Below, piece after piece: positions 38,501 through 51,440 of a stretch of 64,000 bases of DNA (position 1 is the first letter of the stretch; each line of letters begins with the position of its first letter). The stretch is from assembly GCF_001194135.2 (NCBI RefSeq), contig NC_068990.1, forward strand, positions 64,177,023-64,241,022, in the 5' to 3' direction. Under the pieces are notes generated by a model. That model was not told the origin of the DNA. It was given only the letters and a program-made list of their open reading frames with translations, and did not search any database. This stretch comes from Octopus bimaculoides. Lineage: Eukaryota. The translations under genes and the position numbers were made by a program.

Positions 38501-38851
38501 CAATTTCAATAACCACTAACTTTCAAGAGCTATCTTAAAAAGAAAGAGTCTTGCCATTCTGTTAGTGACTGGCTTGAATTCTGCAATTCTGTAAAAGAGA
38601 AAACATGCATATATTACATACATGTGTGTGTGTGTGTGTGTGCGTGTGTGTGTGTGTGTGTGTGTGAATATATGATTGTAAATATAAATCCAATTTAACA
38701 TAGAGCCTGTTACCTTTATTGTTGTATTATATTGTACCAATTGTATCTTTTAATTTTGGCTGGCCACAACTCTTATTTTGTATTGCTTCTAACAGACAAT
38801 TAAAGAAATCTTTAGTCATCATCATCAGCATTATCATTTTCTCCCTTTCAG

Positions 38852-39008
38852 GTATCAAACGAACACAGCCAATGAAATGCTAGCAACTATTGTGAACATC
38901 CAGCCTAAAGATTCTGGCAGTAGTGGGGGTGAAACACGAGAGAGTGTAGTATACAATCTTGCTAATGATATGCTTGAGAAGCTTCCAGATGATTACAAGC
39001 CCCATGAG
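38852..39008 (+). CDS. DNAH5: Dynein heavy chain exon ([30 protein letters not shown]...[10 protein letters not shown])
   Basis: Acceptor ttttctccctttcag, donor GAG|gtaaaa; IQPKD motif. Confidence 0.95.
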
Positions 39009-39444
39009 GTAAAAAGCTCTTGATATTATTCACTATTGTCATATGTCTGTTTGTGGATATAACTAGATTAATGTGGTTCTTACATTCTCTCTTCAGAAAG
39101 TGGTTTATTGTAACTCAGTGGTCCATTTTTACCCATTGGAGGGAATTAACTTTTCTATGAACCTAATCAATATCAAATGGATATGTTTTCTGTTCTAGTC
39201 TTTCCCAATGAACAGATCACATCTGCAACATCAGAACCATAATGATCTCTATTAAGAAATTTGTGGCCTGCCCCTTCACTTCAAAGGCTTAACTTTGTCT
39301 CACTGTGTTCTGCTGATTTTATTATAGCATTACATTAAGGCTACATGTGTTTGTGGAATAGTGTGCTACTTCACATGCTAATTCAATGAACAGGTCCTCC
39401 AGTCAACAGAACAACAAGATGCTCATACTTCATTAGTATTAATG

Positions 39445-39715
39445 AGAGATGCGTGGCATAGTGGTTAGGGTGTTGGACTCATGATTGTAAGATTATGGTT
39501 TCAATTCCTGGACTAAGCAACATGTTGTATTCTTGAGCAAAACACTTCATTTCAAATTGCTCCAGTCCGCTCAGCTGGTAAAAATGAGTAATTCTGTAAC
39601 AAACCGGCGTCCCATCCAGGTGGGGAATTTATACACCATGAAATTGGGAAACCAGCCCTTGTGAGTCAGCATGACTCAAAAAGGTAACTCTACCGTTACT
39701 TTATTGATGAGCGAG
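39445..39715 (+). mobile_element. SINE family C head with alternative tail
   Basis: gcgtggcatagtggttagggtgttggactcatg...ggtttcaattcc. Confidence 0.7.
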
Positions 39716-40124
39716 TCCAATGTGTGTGAGTATATTGATGGTTTGATATAAACAGACAGAATAAGAAGACAGTTGTACATTTACAAATACAAGTAAATGA
39801 ATAAATACAAATACAACAAAAAATAAAAAGGCCTATTCACATAAGGGTGAGAATACACAACCAACTTTTGATAAGAGACTCCTCGCACTCAACTCTGCTC
39901 ATCTTCTGCTCATTACATTGAGATAGGAACATTTTTTGCAGTGGAAAAAGTAAGAATATCCAACTTATTTGAATATGAAGTAGAGCGTTAACATCCCTTA
40001 AAATCTATCCTTAAATTCTCTTCTTCATACAGCACATAGTCATCCATTTTAGATATCAGAGCCCAGCTTTGATCCAAGGGCCGCGGCCCTTAATTACACA
40101 ACCATGAACCTCATGTTTTATTGT

Positions 40125-40290
40125 GGAGGTGGCACTCTCTTCATGTATCATGCTGAATCTCCCTTAAAACTACATTAAGAGTACACATGTCTGTGGAGTA
40201 CTCAGCCGCTTGCACCTTAATTTCACAAACAAGTTATTCCATTGATCAAATCAACTGGAACCCTTCTCTTCATAACTGACAGAGTGCCAA
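40125..40290 (+). mobile_element. SINE 3' body
   Basis: gtactcagccgcttgcaccttaatttcac...caactggaaccc; inverse homolog at 2555-2660. Confidence 0.55.
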
Positions 40291-40574
40291 TTATTTTAAA
40301 TACCTTTTGTTTCCATTCAACACTATTTTCTTCCATTTGTTACCCTCCATCATCACCTCTCCAGCTTCCATCTTCTCCCCATTATTGCAAAAGGGTGAAG
40401 TTATACAAATAGGAGGTCTTTTGGATTTTGCAATTACACTGGAAGTGTAAAAGTAAAAAGGCCAGTTGTTGTATTTGTGAGAGTTAAAGAGCTTTTTGCT
40501 CTGAGAAACTTAAAGGCAGAGCAATGAGCAACAGCCGAACACAACAATATCTGGTTCTGCAGGCTGCTGTTTCA

Positions 40575-42110
40575 GCAAAACAGGAACAGTTTTCACTTTA
40601 AGATGCAACATCTTTTGGATTTTAATTTCTAGGCCCTTATATTTACTAATCTTGTCAAATTCCATACAGATATATTTTTTATCTGCTGAGACACTTATAT
40701 CTATTAGTCTACAAGTATTTTCTTCCTTGTCATTAGTAATTATGTCTGATCGATTAATCTGGATTGTTCTTTCAGCATTGATTGGAAAATCCCAGAGAAT
40801 GGTGATAATTTTACCTTCAACCGAGTGAACTCAGGATGGTGTTCATACTAGTTAGCAGGGGTGTCAATTTTGTATTTCTCCACATATTTTCCAATTCAAA
40901 TACTGTTCTAACTTATCAGGGGATTTTTATATTCATTTGGTGTTAGCACAGCGTAGCCCAAAATAAGAAGGTCTATTGTTTCATCAAATGTGTTTCAGAA
41001 TCTTCATTATAGATCAGCAGTGATTTAAAGAATGTTAGCCTGGTAATTTCTGGTAAACAAGCTTTAGTCTTTAGTACAGTCAGCATGAAACTTTCATTCT
41101 CTGCTTTCAATATTGAACTCCTCAGCCACTGATGGATTGTTGTCTGGTCTACATCAGCATTTTGACTTCAAAGAATATATTGGCCATGTGGGGACTTCTG
41201 GCTCCACCACTCCTCAATTTGATTCATCTTGCTTACACGGTAGAAGTGGTTTCAGGTTTTTCATCTAATTCTGGGTTAATGCCAAGTTTCCTTGTGAATT
41301 TACAAGCCTCCTTCACAATAGAATGTGACATTTTGCTGCTTTCATGTCTGCATACAAGCTACAGCATTCAGTCCTCTGTACTAGATAGGTACCTGTTCAT
41401 TCCTATAGTGGAGGTTTTATAGTAGAGTTCTAATTGCATCGCTGTTCTTTCCTCACTGCTACTAAGTAGGTACAGAAGGTCAATGTCTGCCTTAAGGTGG
41501 TGCATGTTATTGGATGTCAATAATTTCCTTGCCTTCCTGTCCATGCATTGGAGTTCCATAGGATTCCAGTTAATGATATTAAAACTCTAATGAACTACTG
41601 AAAGTACCTGGGTACTAATGACTTCAATGTGATTTTAAGTTCAATCATCAGTACACATCTTATTCTCCTCTAATACTCCCTTCTTATTTTTTCATTTATA
41701 GTGGCATGACTTATCTCATATCCTTCCTTTATTCTGGGATATTTATAAATTTTTTGTGGGTCAAGTTCCTTGATGGTAGTGTCAATATCTAATTTAATAG
41801 ATCTTGTTTGTCTGAGCTTGCCTCGTACAAAAGTTCCTTCAGTACACTTATCAAGGCCAGAATCTATCCCAATGTCATTTGCTAAACAGTTGTTTGTAGC
41901 CCTCCTAGTTTTTGGTCATTCCTTGCAAACAGCTTCAGATTGTCCATGCAAAAGAGATGGTGTATTACATTGTTAAGAATTTTGGTAGTAGGTAGGTTGT
42001 TTCTTCAGTTAGCCAGGCAGGTATTTGCTCCAGGTTCTGAATGATCACAGTTATAGATACAACAAGATTTTTATGCACTTCTGTCTAACAATATAGCCAG
42101 AAATTAGGAG
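40575..42110 (-). pseudogene. R4/Dong-clade LINE 3' half (RT end, thumb, zinc knuckle, restriction-like endonuclease), decayed
   Basis: Minus-strand DIGIDSGLDKC, DRKARKLLT..MHHLKADID.LY, TID.LI.G.AVLTPNEYK, WDFPI..RTIQ.NR.DI, LIDISV...KISKYKGL. Confidence 0.8.
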
Positions 42111-42234
42111 TCCAATCTAGTCTTGGGGTTTTACATTTATGAGACTTTCTCAGAACATACCTTCGCTCTTCTATTCCTGACATCATCATCATCATCATCA
42201 TTACTATTATTATCATTATTATGATTGATTTAAC

Positions 42235-42575
42235 TCAGGTTTGTTCTTATTCCTGATAGAATTTATGTGGGTAACTGGTTACTACCTGTCACCTTAGATA
42301 TCCACAAGCTTTCAATAGTCTTTCAAGTGCTTAAAACCCTCCTGGTAATCTTTCCTATCCCTAAGAGGCAAACTTTCTGATGAAGCTCTACAGGATATTC
42401 TATTCAAATATTCTTAAACCAATTCTCTATATCTTTACTCACATTTCCTAATGCACCAATTATTACAGGCATAACTTTTACAGATTTCCTACACCAAATT
42501 TTAAGGGATTGTATATTTTTAATTTTTCATCCCCTTTCTTTACAATCCTGGAATCAAACAGAAATGATGGATCAA
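42235..42575 (-). mobile_element. Second R4/Dong-like 3' terminal fragment flanked by TAT/CAT-type triplet repeats
   Basis: VMPVIIGALGNVSK...QKVCLLG.GKI.RRVL. Confidence 0.7.
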
Positions 42576-42797
42576 TCATATTTATTGTTATTATTATTGT
42601 TCAGTAGTTTTATTTTTATAACGTGCTTTCACTTCACTACCGAGCACAGCTCTGTGTGCCTTAGGTATGTGCTGTGGTTTGCTGTGATGCTCTTATGGTT
42701 ACTGTATTGAAAGTGTTTTGCGTAGGATGTGTGCAGTGCCCATATTATTATCATTATTATTATTATTATTATTATTATCATCATTATTATTATTATT

Positions 42798-43002
42798 AAG
42801 GTGGTGAGCTGGCAGAATCGTTACCAAGCAAAATGCTTAGCGGTATTTTGTCTGTTGCTACATTCTGAGTTCAACTTTTGCTGAGGTTGACTTTGTTTTT
42901 CATCCTTCCGAGGTAGATAAATTTAGTACCAGTTGTGTACTGGGGTCGATCTAATCGACTGCACCCCTCCCCCAAAATTTCAGGCCTTATGCCAATAGTA
43001 GA

Positions 43003-43010
<8 letters not shown>
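42798..43010 (+). mobile_element. SINE family A inserted in (TAT)n
   Basis: aaggtggtgagctggcagaatcgtt...agtagaaagtatta. Confidence 0.8.
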
Positions 43011-43040
<30 letters not shown>

Positions 43041-44020
43041 GAAGCCACTACCAACAATCTCTGCTGTGAGGTAAATGGAAGAAAGAATTATTCAATTCCA
43101 TACTTATAAAAGAATCTGCACAGTGCAAACACTGTCTTGTTTTATTAGTAGCAGAAGGCCATAAATTTGTTGTAAAGAGATTTTGTTGTAGCAATATTCT
43201 ATTAACACTAGTATAAAACTGATTTTAACAAGTGTATCTGTTTTGAAATTATAAAATGGATGGACAAAATTTAATATTGAAAGCTATTTCATCCCACAGA
43301 GTATTTTGTGTCATCTTACTACACTAAACAGCCCAAATGTTACAATATAAACTCATGAAATTTCAAGCAAGAAACCAATATTATATCCATTTGACCATTG
43401 TCACTCTTTATTAGATTGTTTCCATACCAGTAGTTAATGTTTTTCACTTGTGTATTACTGGTGTCCTACAGAAGTACATTACTTATGTATTTCAATTAAT
43501 TTGAAAAACAATGTGGATTTTGCAAGAATCTAGTAAAAAAAAAAAAACTAGCATTGTCATTAGTAATCTTGTGTTTGCAATGTGACTTATAAGAGTCTCC
43601 CATTTAAATGATAATAGACAATTTTAATTTCAATATGAAAACTTTAAAATTGGATGTTTTTATATGACAGAACCAAAGTGGTCTCAGGCAAGCTGACTGG
43701 CTGGCTGACTGGTTAGTTGGTATGAAAAAATTATTTTCTTTTTATTTCTTTATTGAAGAAATGAAAGACTTCAAACCTATTTTATCATCATCACTATTCT
43801 TATTTATGAGAGTTGAGATGGCAATTGACTTGTTATGTTATTTGGGGGATTTAGTTTGGTATGTCATATTACTAGGTTTGGTAAGCTCAAGTGATGGAGT
43901 GGGCTTCAGTAATAGTGGTTAACCTAACACTAATGATGGTGGTGATGACATTAAAAGTAACTTTAACTTACCCAATTGGACTGTGATTAGTTTTTTTTTT
44001 CTTTTTAATCCTTGTTTTAG

Positions 44021-44233
44021 GTGAAGGAGCGTTTACGTAAGATGGGTATTCTTCAGCCTCTGAACATCTTCTTACGGCAAGAAATAGACAGAATGCAGAG
44101 GGTGATTGGTGAAGTCCGGATAACATTAAAAGACCTTAAACTGGCCATTGAGGGAACAATAATCATGAGTGAGAAACTACAAGATGCTTTGGACAACATG
44201 TTTAATGCCAGGGTTCCCAATACTTGGAAGAAA
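44021..44233 (+). CDS. DNAH5: Dynein heavy chain exon ([26 protein letters not shown]...ARVPNTWKK)
   Basis: Acceptor cttgttttag, donor AAA|gtttgt; 71 codons, phase 0-0. Confidence 0.93.
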
Positions 44234-45286
44234 GTTTGTATAAACCAGTATTTCTAACTTTGAAAATCTTCCTTCTTTTGGTATTTGGTGTACGTTGATA
44301 GTTATGGGCAATGGATGGGTCAGTCATGCTTAAAGATCTCTGGTAACAGGATATGCAATCATTTTGTGTTTGTTAAAAAGAATCACTTAAGAAAATTCAG
44401 TAACGGACCCTTGATACAAGAAGTTATATATTTTGATAATATATACTATTGATGTAAAAGGAATGTTTTAAAAAAATATGTAAAAAGTAAAAGTGAAATT
44501 AAATTAGATGTTAGCCTTAGCTATATTTCTGAACATTATTGTGATAAAAGAAATAAAAGAAATTATAGAAAACTAACATGTTGTGAGGTAAGTGACAGTA
44601 AATAAAAAGGTTGAGATCTCTTGTAATCTTTCTGCAATTTTTCTATGATTTGATCATATTTACTCTACTGGGAATTATAAAGGAGATACATTTCTCTGAA
44701 ATATGAAACTTTATGAACATGCAAACATGCAAATATTAATATATTTCAGATACGACTCTTCAAGAATCCAGATCTGATTAAATTCCACAACCATAAAAAC
44801 CTATTAATAATCTTCTTTTCTTGATTATCTTTATGGATTTTTTTTCTGACTACAAACAACACTGCTTGAAAGTGGAACATAAGTTTTTGTTGCCATTAGT
44901 GTCAAAGCTATGCATTGTGCTATGGATTATTGTCACTTGGCAGTGTGGGTCCATGATAATAATGAGAGAACTACTAGATAGTGCAGAATAGGGATGAACA
45001 AGAAATTGTATTTTGGTGTTTCATGGAACTGAGATAAAATCCTCTTTTCCTATGGAATTAGATAAAAGTTTTAGTTACCATAACAGCAATGATGATACTA
45101 GAAAAATTCTTCACAGTATGTTTAGAATTATAAGAGCATCAAAACAACAGTTTCATTAAAATTTTCTTATAAATTTGTTTTCAGAGTTGTTGTTCTAATG
45201 TTATCTGGTAGTAAAAAAATGTTAGTGGGGCTATTATAAAATTTAAGAAGAAATGGACATTAAAAACTAAGTGATGTATTTATTAA

Positions 45287-45507
45287 CCATTTAGCATTCA
45301 CATAATTTTTTTACAAATAATGCTTATTTATTTATATTGTGTTGGATTAATCTAGCACTGTTTTGTAGCTTTGCAATTTTGATGAAGTAACTGCTAATTT
45401 TTAGAATGATATTGGTAGTGTTGGTGTGAAAGGTTAGATCTCACCAGTTTGAATATAAAAGAAGGAGAATATTTTGGCCAGATATGGCCAGTTTAAATGC
45501 TAAAGGC
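45287..45507. mobile_element. piggyBac-type MITE
   Basis: TTAA TSD (45283-45286 / 45508-45511); TIR cc.tttagcatt; inverse homolog of 52450-52669. Confidence 0.75.
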
Positions 45508-45587
45508 TTAAATAATTTAATGTGTAGAAAGCATTCAAATTTAATGATATAAAATCTTGAGTTCCACTTCTTAATGCAAAGTTATTT

Positions 45588-45627
<40 letters not shown>

Positions 45628-46306
45628 CTTTATTGAAGAAATGAAAGACTTCAAACCTATTTTATCATCATCACTATTCTTATTTATGAGAGTTGAGATG
45701 GCAATTGACTTGTTATGTTATTTGGGGGATTTAGTTTGGTATGTCATATTACCAGGTTTGGTAAGCTCAAGTGATGGAGTGGGCTTCAGTAATAGTGGTT
45801 ATATATATATCATCATGATGTGTTTCATGGTAATACTGGCTTACAAAGTGTATCTGATTTTATTTTGCACAAATTGAGCAGCAAATTTCATATAAACCTA
45901 TATATGCATTATTTGCATTATTTCCATTTTACTTTAAAATATTTGAAAATTTCATATTTTTGTTAAGAAGTTTGCTTCAAGCCATGATGTGCTAACTTTA
46001 CTTTTGCTGCTTAGTCTTCTATCATAAATCTTGGGATCTCCCCAGTTTTGTCAGTGAAATTGAGCAGGTGAAGTTGATTGCACTCATAAATCAAACGATT
46101 TATGAATGTGATACTGAGTCAGCACGCAGTTTGTGGTCTTGAGTACTCTTCTGCCTGTCATAGAATGATTTGAAAATAGATATGCATCAGTTAGTGTTCA
46201 CATGCCAGTGATTGCCAGAATGTTTCTTGTAAATCAGACAGAATGATAAATGAAACAAGATAGAATCAATCAACAGTTCTAAATAATCTTAATGTTTTTA
46301 TGGTAG

Positions 46307-46435
46307 ATTTCCTGGGAATCATCAACACTAGGATTCTGGTTTACTGATCTTTTGGAAAGGAATAGTCAATTCTCTTCATGGCTCTTTGAAAGAAAGCCTT
46401 GTTGTTACTGGATGACAGGATTCTTTAATCCACAG
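46307..46435 (+). CDS. DNAH5: Dynein heavy chain exon ([22 protein letters not shown]...WMTGFFNPQ)
   Basis: Acceptor tttttatggtag, donor CAG|gtgagt; WMTGFFNPQ motif. Confidence 0.95.
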
Positions 46436-47169
46436 GTGAGTGAAAATGTACAAATTTCATTATTTGTTAATACATAAATAAGTTTACAGTTTTGTTTTTG
46501 TTTGTTTTTTATTTGACAGCCTTAGCTTTGTTTATAATTTGTTTCATTTCACTTGATATCCATCCTTCATCCTTATACTGTCCTCTCTACTCACATTTTA
46601 CATTAATCACTTTCCTGTGTTAGCAAATTCTCTCTCCTTTTCTACCACCAAATGTCTCTCACTCTCCTATGCCATATGCCTGCCCATCCCAACCATACAT
46701 CATCATCTCTCTCTCTCTCTCTTTCTCTTTCTCATTACTATTACTATTCTGCTTCTCTTCACCCCCCACTACTACATCCACCTCACAACACTTGTTCTTC
46801 ATTCATGATAATTACCCCTTCACCCATTCTCTATCTTTCATTCACTGTCATTCACTATTTTTTTCACTCTTGTATCTCTACCCACCCACACTTCCAGTTC
46901 ATCTGTTCTTTTTCACTTCCATTTACCAAATGTGTAAAGAAAGTACACTCAGATACCTCATCTCTACTACTTTTACCTCTTCCCTGCTCCATCCCAATCA
47001 CATTCCCCATTCTACTCTCTCTTTTAAAATGTGTGTAACCATGTAACTTCTCTACTACAAGAAACTTATATTGCTCTGGTCCCTTTTCCTCAAACTTTAT
47101 CCCTTCATCTCCTAGCATAAAGCTGCCTTTCTTAGGACTCATAGTCTTGCTAGCTGCATAGCAGCCTCA

Positions 47170-47630
47170 CCAGTGCTGGTACCACAAAAAGTAATTAGTT
47201 CATGCTGTAAAGTGGTTGGCATTAAGAAGGGCATCCAGTCAAAGAAAACATGCCAAAGTAGACAGGGGAACACAATACAGTCTTTGGAACCTTTAGACCC
47301 TGTCAAACTGTGCAACCCACACCAGCATGGACCATGGATGTTAAATGATGTAATGACAACAACGACGACGAGGATATACAAACACACATGCAAGCAGAGA
47401 AACAAACGTCTGCCCATGTATGGAAAGTTCACTCTGCGGAGTGGTTTGTGTTAGGAAGGGCATCAAGCCATAAGAGCTATGCCAAAATGGACAGCAAAGC
47501 ATGATGCAGTCTTCTGCCTAGCCAGCTTGTCTAACTGTCCAACCCATGCCAGCATTGAAAGCAGACATTAAATGATGATGATGATGACGATGACGACGAT
47601 GATGATGAGGATGACGATAACAATGACGAC
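47170..47630 (+). mobile_element. Two tandem RTE-LINE 3' tails
   Basis: Tail motif at 47170-47375 and 47430-47630, each ending in GAT/GAC repeats. Confidence 0.7.
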
Positions 47631-47999
47631 TTGTGTATGTACCAAAGCAGACACATATAGAAATGCACAAATCAACACACGCCAACACATGTAGGTAAAT
47701 ATATCTATGCATGCATACACATCCACATAATCACACTTTACAATCACACACATTCAATATAATAGCACCAAAAATTATATACAAAATTATTAAAACTACT
47801 TATTAACAAACTAATTAAAATTGACTGAACTATTAGCCTTCACTCTTCTATTATTATTGAAATACTGCGCTGATAGAAGCATGGTGTTGATAGAAACACA
47901 AAGCTGACAGTTAATTGCTTCATTAAAGTATACTGCATCACTCAAAAATATTGCATCAACCCATTTTTACAAATTAAACTTTGATATACATTTAATATA

Positions 48000-48234
48000 C
48001 AGGGTGGCCCAAAAGTAGGTTTACAGTTATTACGTAGGCACTTTAAATTTCTTTTAAAACATTTTATTACATCTAAATTTCTATCTTACAAACTGAAAAA
48101 GGAGCTTGACAAAATTAACTAAATTAGCATAGAATAATGGTTTCATATTTTTTTATAATTAAGATCTAAACTGTTAATATATGAATGCAAAAGAGATAGT
48201 TGAATAACTGTAAGCCTACTTTTGGGCCATCCTG
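48000..48234. mobile_element. Tc1/mariner-type MITE (235 bp)
   Basis: 32-bp TIR cagg(g/a)tggcccaaaagtagg(t/c)ttacagttatt with 2 mismatches. TA TSD is confirmed by the empty paralogous site at ~49140. Confidence 0.9.
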
Positions 48235-48261
48235 TATGTTTAATATATGTTTAACTCCCAA

Positions 48262-48480
48262 AGGTAGCAAACTGGCAGAATTGTTAGCATGCCGGTCAAA
48301 ATGCTTAGTGACATTTCATTCATCTCTACATTCTGAGTTTAAATTCCACTGAGGTAAACTTTGCCTTTCATCCTTAGTCATTAAAACGGATATCAGTTGA
48401 GCACGGGGATCAATGTTATTGACTATTTATCCCTTCCCCTGAAATTGCTGGCCTTGTGCCAAAAATCTGAAACCAATATA
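48262..48480 (+). mobile_element. SINE family A (paralog of 49403-49612 via local duplication)
   Basis: Shared private variants ggtcaaaatgcttagt..atttcattcatct and ttatcccttcccct. Confidence 0.8.
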
Positions 48481-48708
48481 TCTTTTATCTTTTACTTGTT
48501 TTAGCTGTTAGGCCGCAGCCATGCTGGGGTACGATCTTGAAGAATTTATAGTCAAATGTATCAACCCCAGTACTTTTTTTTTTTGAAGTCTGGTACTTAT
48601 TCTATCGATCTCTTTTGCCGAGCTACTAAATTATGGGGACATAAACACACCAACACCAGTTGTTAAATAGTGAAGGTGGGGGACAAACACAGACATGCAT
48701 ACATATAC

Positions 48709-48739
<31 letters not shown>

Positions 48740-48746
48740 AAGATAG

Positions 48747-48829
<83 letters not shown>

Positions 48830-48985
48830 GCTTCTTTCAGTTTCCATCTTCCAAATCCACTCACAAGACTTTGCTCAGCCCAAAGCTATAGCAGAAGATA
48901 CTTTCTCAAGGTGTCACACATTGGGACTGAACCCAGAATCATGTGGTTGGGAACCAAGCTTCTTACCACACAGCCATGCCTGCAC
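48481..48985 (-). mobile_element. SINE family B with long internal (TA)n
   Basis: Reverse complement of family B head and tail. Confidence 0.8.
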
Positions 48986-49140
48986 CTCCACACAGCCACA
49001 CTGGTTTAACTCTCTTTATAGAAAAGTTATTGTTCTGTTAACATATATCTGTTTTACTTTTCCTTTATTTTCCTTTATATTGAAAGGGTTTAAAAATGCT
49101 GCATCGACCCACCTTTACAAATTAAACTTTGATGTACCAT

Positions 49141-49402
49141 TTAATATATATTTAATATATGTTTAAGTCACATTTAGTATATATTTAATATATGTTTAAC
49201 TCACATTTAGTATATATTTAATATATGTTTAACTCACATTTAGTATGTATTTAATATATGTTTAACTCACATTTAGTATATATTTAATATATGTTTAATT
49301 CACATTTAGTATATATTTAATATATGTTTAACACACATTTAGTATATATTTAATATATGTTTAACTCACATTTAGTATATATTTAATATATGTTTAACCC
49401 AC
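49141..49402. repeat. Young 33-bp minisatellite, ~8 units (catttagtatatatttaatatatgtttaactca)
   Basis: Units nearly identical, 0-2 differences each. Confidence 0.92.
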
Positions 49403-49612
49403 AGTGAGCTGGCAGAATTGTTAGCATGCAGGTCAAAATGCTTAGTAATATTTCATTCATCTTTAGTCTGTGTTCAAATTCTGTTACAGTTAACTTTGCT
49501 TTCATCCTTCCAGGGTCAATAAAACAAGCACAGTTGAGAACTGAGATCAATGTAATCGACTACTTATCCCTTCCCCTAAAATTGCTGGCCTTGTGCCAAA
49601 ATTTGAAACCAA
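49403..49612 (+). mobile_element. SINE family A
   Basis: gtgagctggcagaattgttagc...gaaaccaatata. Confidence 0.8.
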
Positions 49613-49685
49613 TATATGTTTAACTCACTTTATAAAATAGTTATTTTTCTGTTAACATGTATCTATATTTTATTCTTCCTGAAAG

Positions 49686-49812
49686 GGTTTCCTAACAGCG
49701 ATGAGGCAGGAAATTACTAGAGCTCACAAAGGGTGGGCCCTTGATGCTGTGGTTCTCAATAATGAAGTGACCAAATCCATGAAAGAAGACATAAATACTT
49801 TCCCTCAAGAAG
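49686..49812 (+). CDS. DNAH5: Dynein heavy chain exon ([20 protein letters not shown]...FPQE-G)
   Basis: Acceptor tattcttcctgaaag (AAG type), donor G|gtaaca; continues the frame of the previous exon. Confidence 0.93.
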
Positions 49813-51231
49813 GTAACATTCTTGTCATTGTTCCTGTTATTTCCATGTCCTCCTCGATCAGACAAAAAGATCATGTCTTTTTTTAATTTCTTTTGAAGAC
49901 AAAGTTTATTTAAGACTATATTATTCAATGTATACGTCATTTCTTATGATACTATGTTATGATTTGAGGGAGATCAGCAGCAATTTCTAGCATGTGGTGC
50001 AATCTTGTGGAAGCTCACTCCACATTGTAGCTGTTGTTGTGAATGAGGAGTTTTTTTTACCTCTTTTTATTAGTTTTTATCTGTTTTTGTTGAAGTGTTT
50101 ATTTAAACATTCATTTGTAGTTTTATCTCTACTTCTTACAATCTCTCTTTCTCCCTATTGTTCACTGTTGTTTTGATTTACAGTCTATTTTTTTCTTCTA
50201 CCCTCTTTCTCTCCATTTTTCTTCCTATCTATCTATTTTTCTGTCTGTCTATCTATTTATCTACCTGTCTATCTGTTGGTCTACCTTTCCATCTATCTTT
50301 CCATTTACTTATTTATCTAACTATCTATCAGTCTTGCTGTCTGTCTGCCTACTTCTCTGTCTATCCACCCTTCCATCCATCCACCCTTTCATCCATCCAT
50401 CCACCCTTTCATCCATCCATCCATCCAGTTCTCTCGTTTTTTTTTCTCTCTTTCTATTTATCTTGCATGCTTTCTTTCTGTCCTTCCTTCCTTTTTAATT
50501 TGAATCTATTGTTTGGCATCCCCAGTTAATGGTTTCTGACTTGTATAAAGCTTTCTGGTGAAGTTATTTATATTCTTGAAGTTATTTATATCTCTAACAC
50601 TAATAGCTGCAGACATTGCCATGTGATTAAGAAATTTACTTTCCAACTTTGTCATTTTGGGTTCGGTACTCCTATATGACACTTTGGGTGAGTGTTTTCT
50701 CTATAGCCTCAGGCAGACTAAAGCTTTGTGATAAAATTTGACTAGATCTGTGGAAGCAGTTCATGTTCTTGAATAGAAGGCATAATTTGTTGTCTAAATA
50801 TTGAAGGATGACCTCAGCACTTTGAACTTTTCAGATGAGATGGCAAAGGACCGAGACACCTGGTACTTTGTTGTATCCTCCACAGCGGAAGTGTTAAGGT
50901 GGTGGTGGTGGTGCTGCTGTTGCTGCTGCTGACGACGACGACGACTGCAACAATGATGACGACGACGATGACAACAATTTAATAGCACCAGATGGCCTTT
51001 GGATGCGTTTGGCAGAGTCCACTTTGTTGCAAACCTTCAGTCCATGTTGCTTATTAAAGGACAACTTCCACATTTCCTCCAACAGTCTCTGAGCCTTGAT
51101 AAGAGTAGCAATATCTGTTCGCCCTCCCTCTTTGACTAATCCATAAAAAAAAAATATTCTATTAATAGGCTCTTTCAGTAAAGGCACCTGAACACTGTTC
51201 ACATTAAGTTCATTAGTTCTTTTGATTTTTA

Positions 51232-51440
51232 AGGTGGTGAACTGGCAGAATCATAAGCTCACCGGACAAAATGCATAGCAGCATTTCATCCATCTCTCCT
51301 AAGTTCAAGTTCTGCCAAGGTCAACTTTGTCTTTCTCCTTTCGCAGTTGATAGAATAAATACCAATCAAGCACTGGGAACGAACAATGTAATCAACCCCA
51401 AATTTTAGACATTGTGCTTATAGTAGAAAAGATTATTATT
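51232..51440 (+). mobile_element. SINE family A
   Basis: aaggtggtgaactggcagaatc...gttcaagttctgcc. Confidence 0.7.

Noticed and set aside
43722-45877. Two near-identical small ORFs (66 and 78 aa)
   Set aside because: By-product of the 178-bp duplication in AT-rich intron; different starts and ends, no recognisable homology
50894-51202. 102-aa minus-strand ORF
   Set aside because: Looks like a decayed LINE C-terminus running into a trinucleotide repeat; too weak to assign a family
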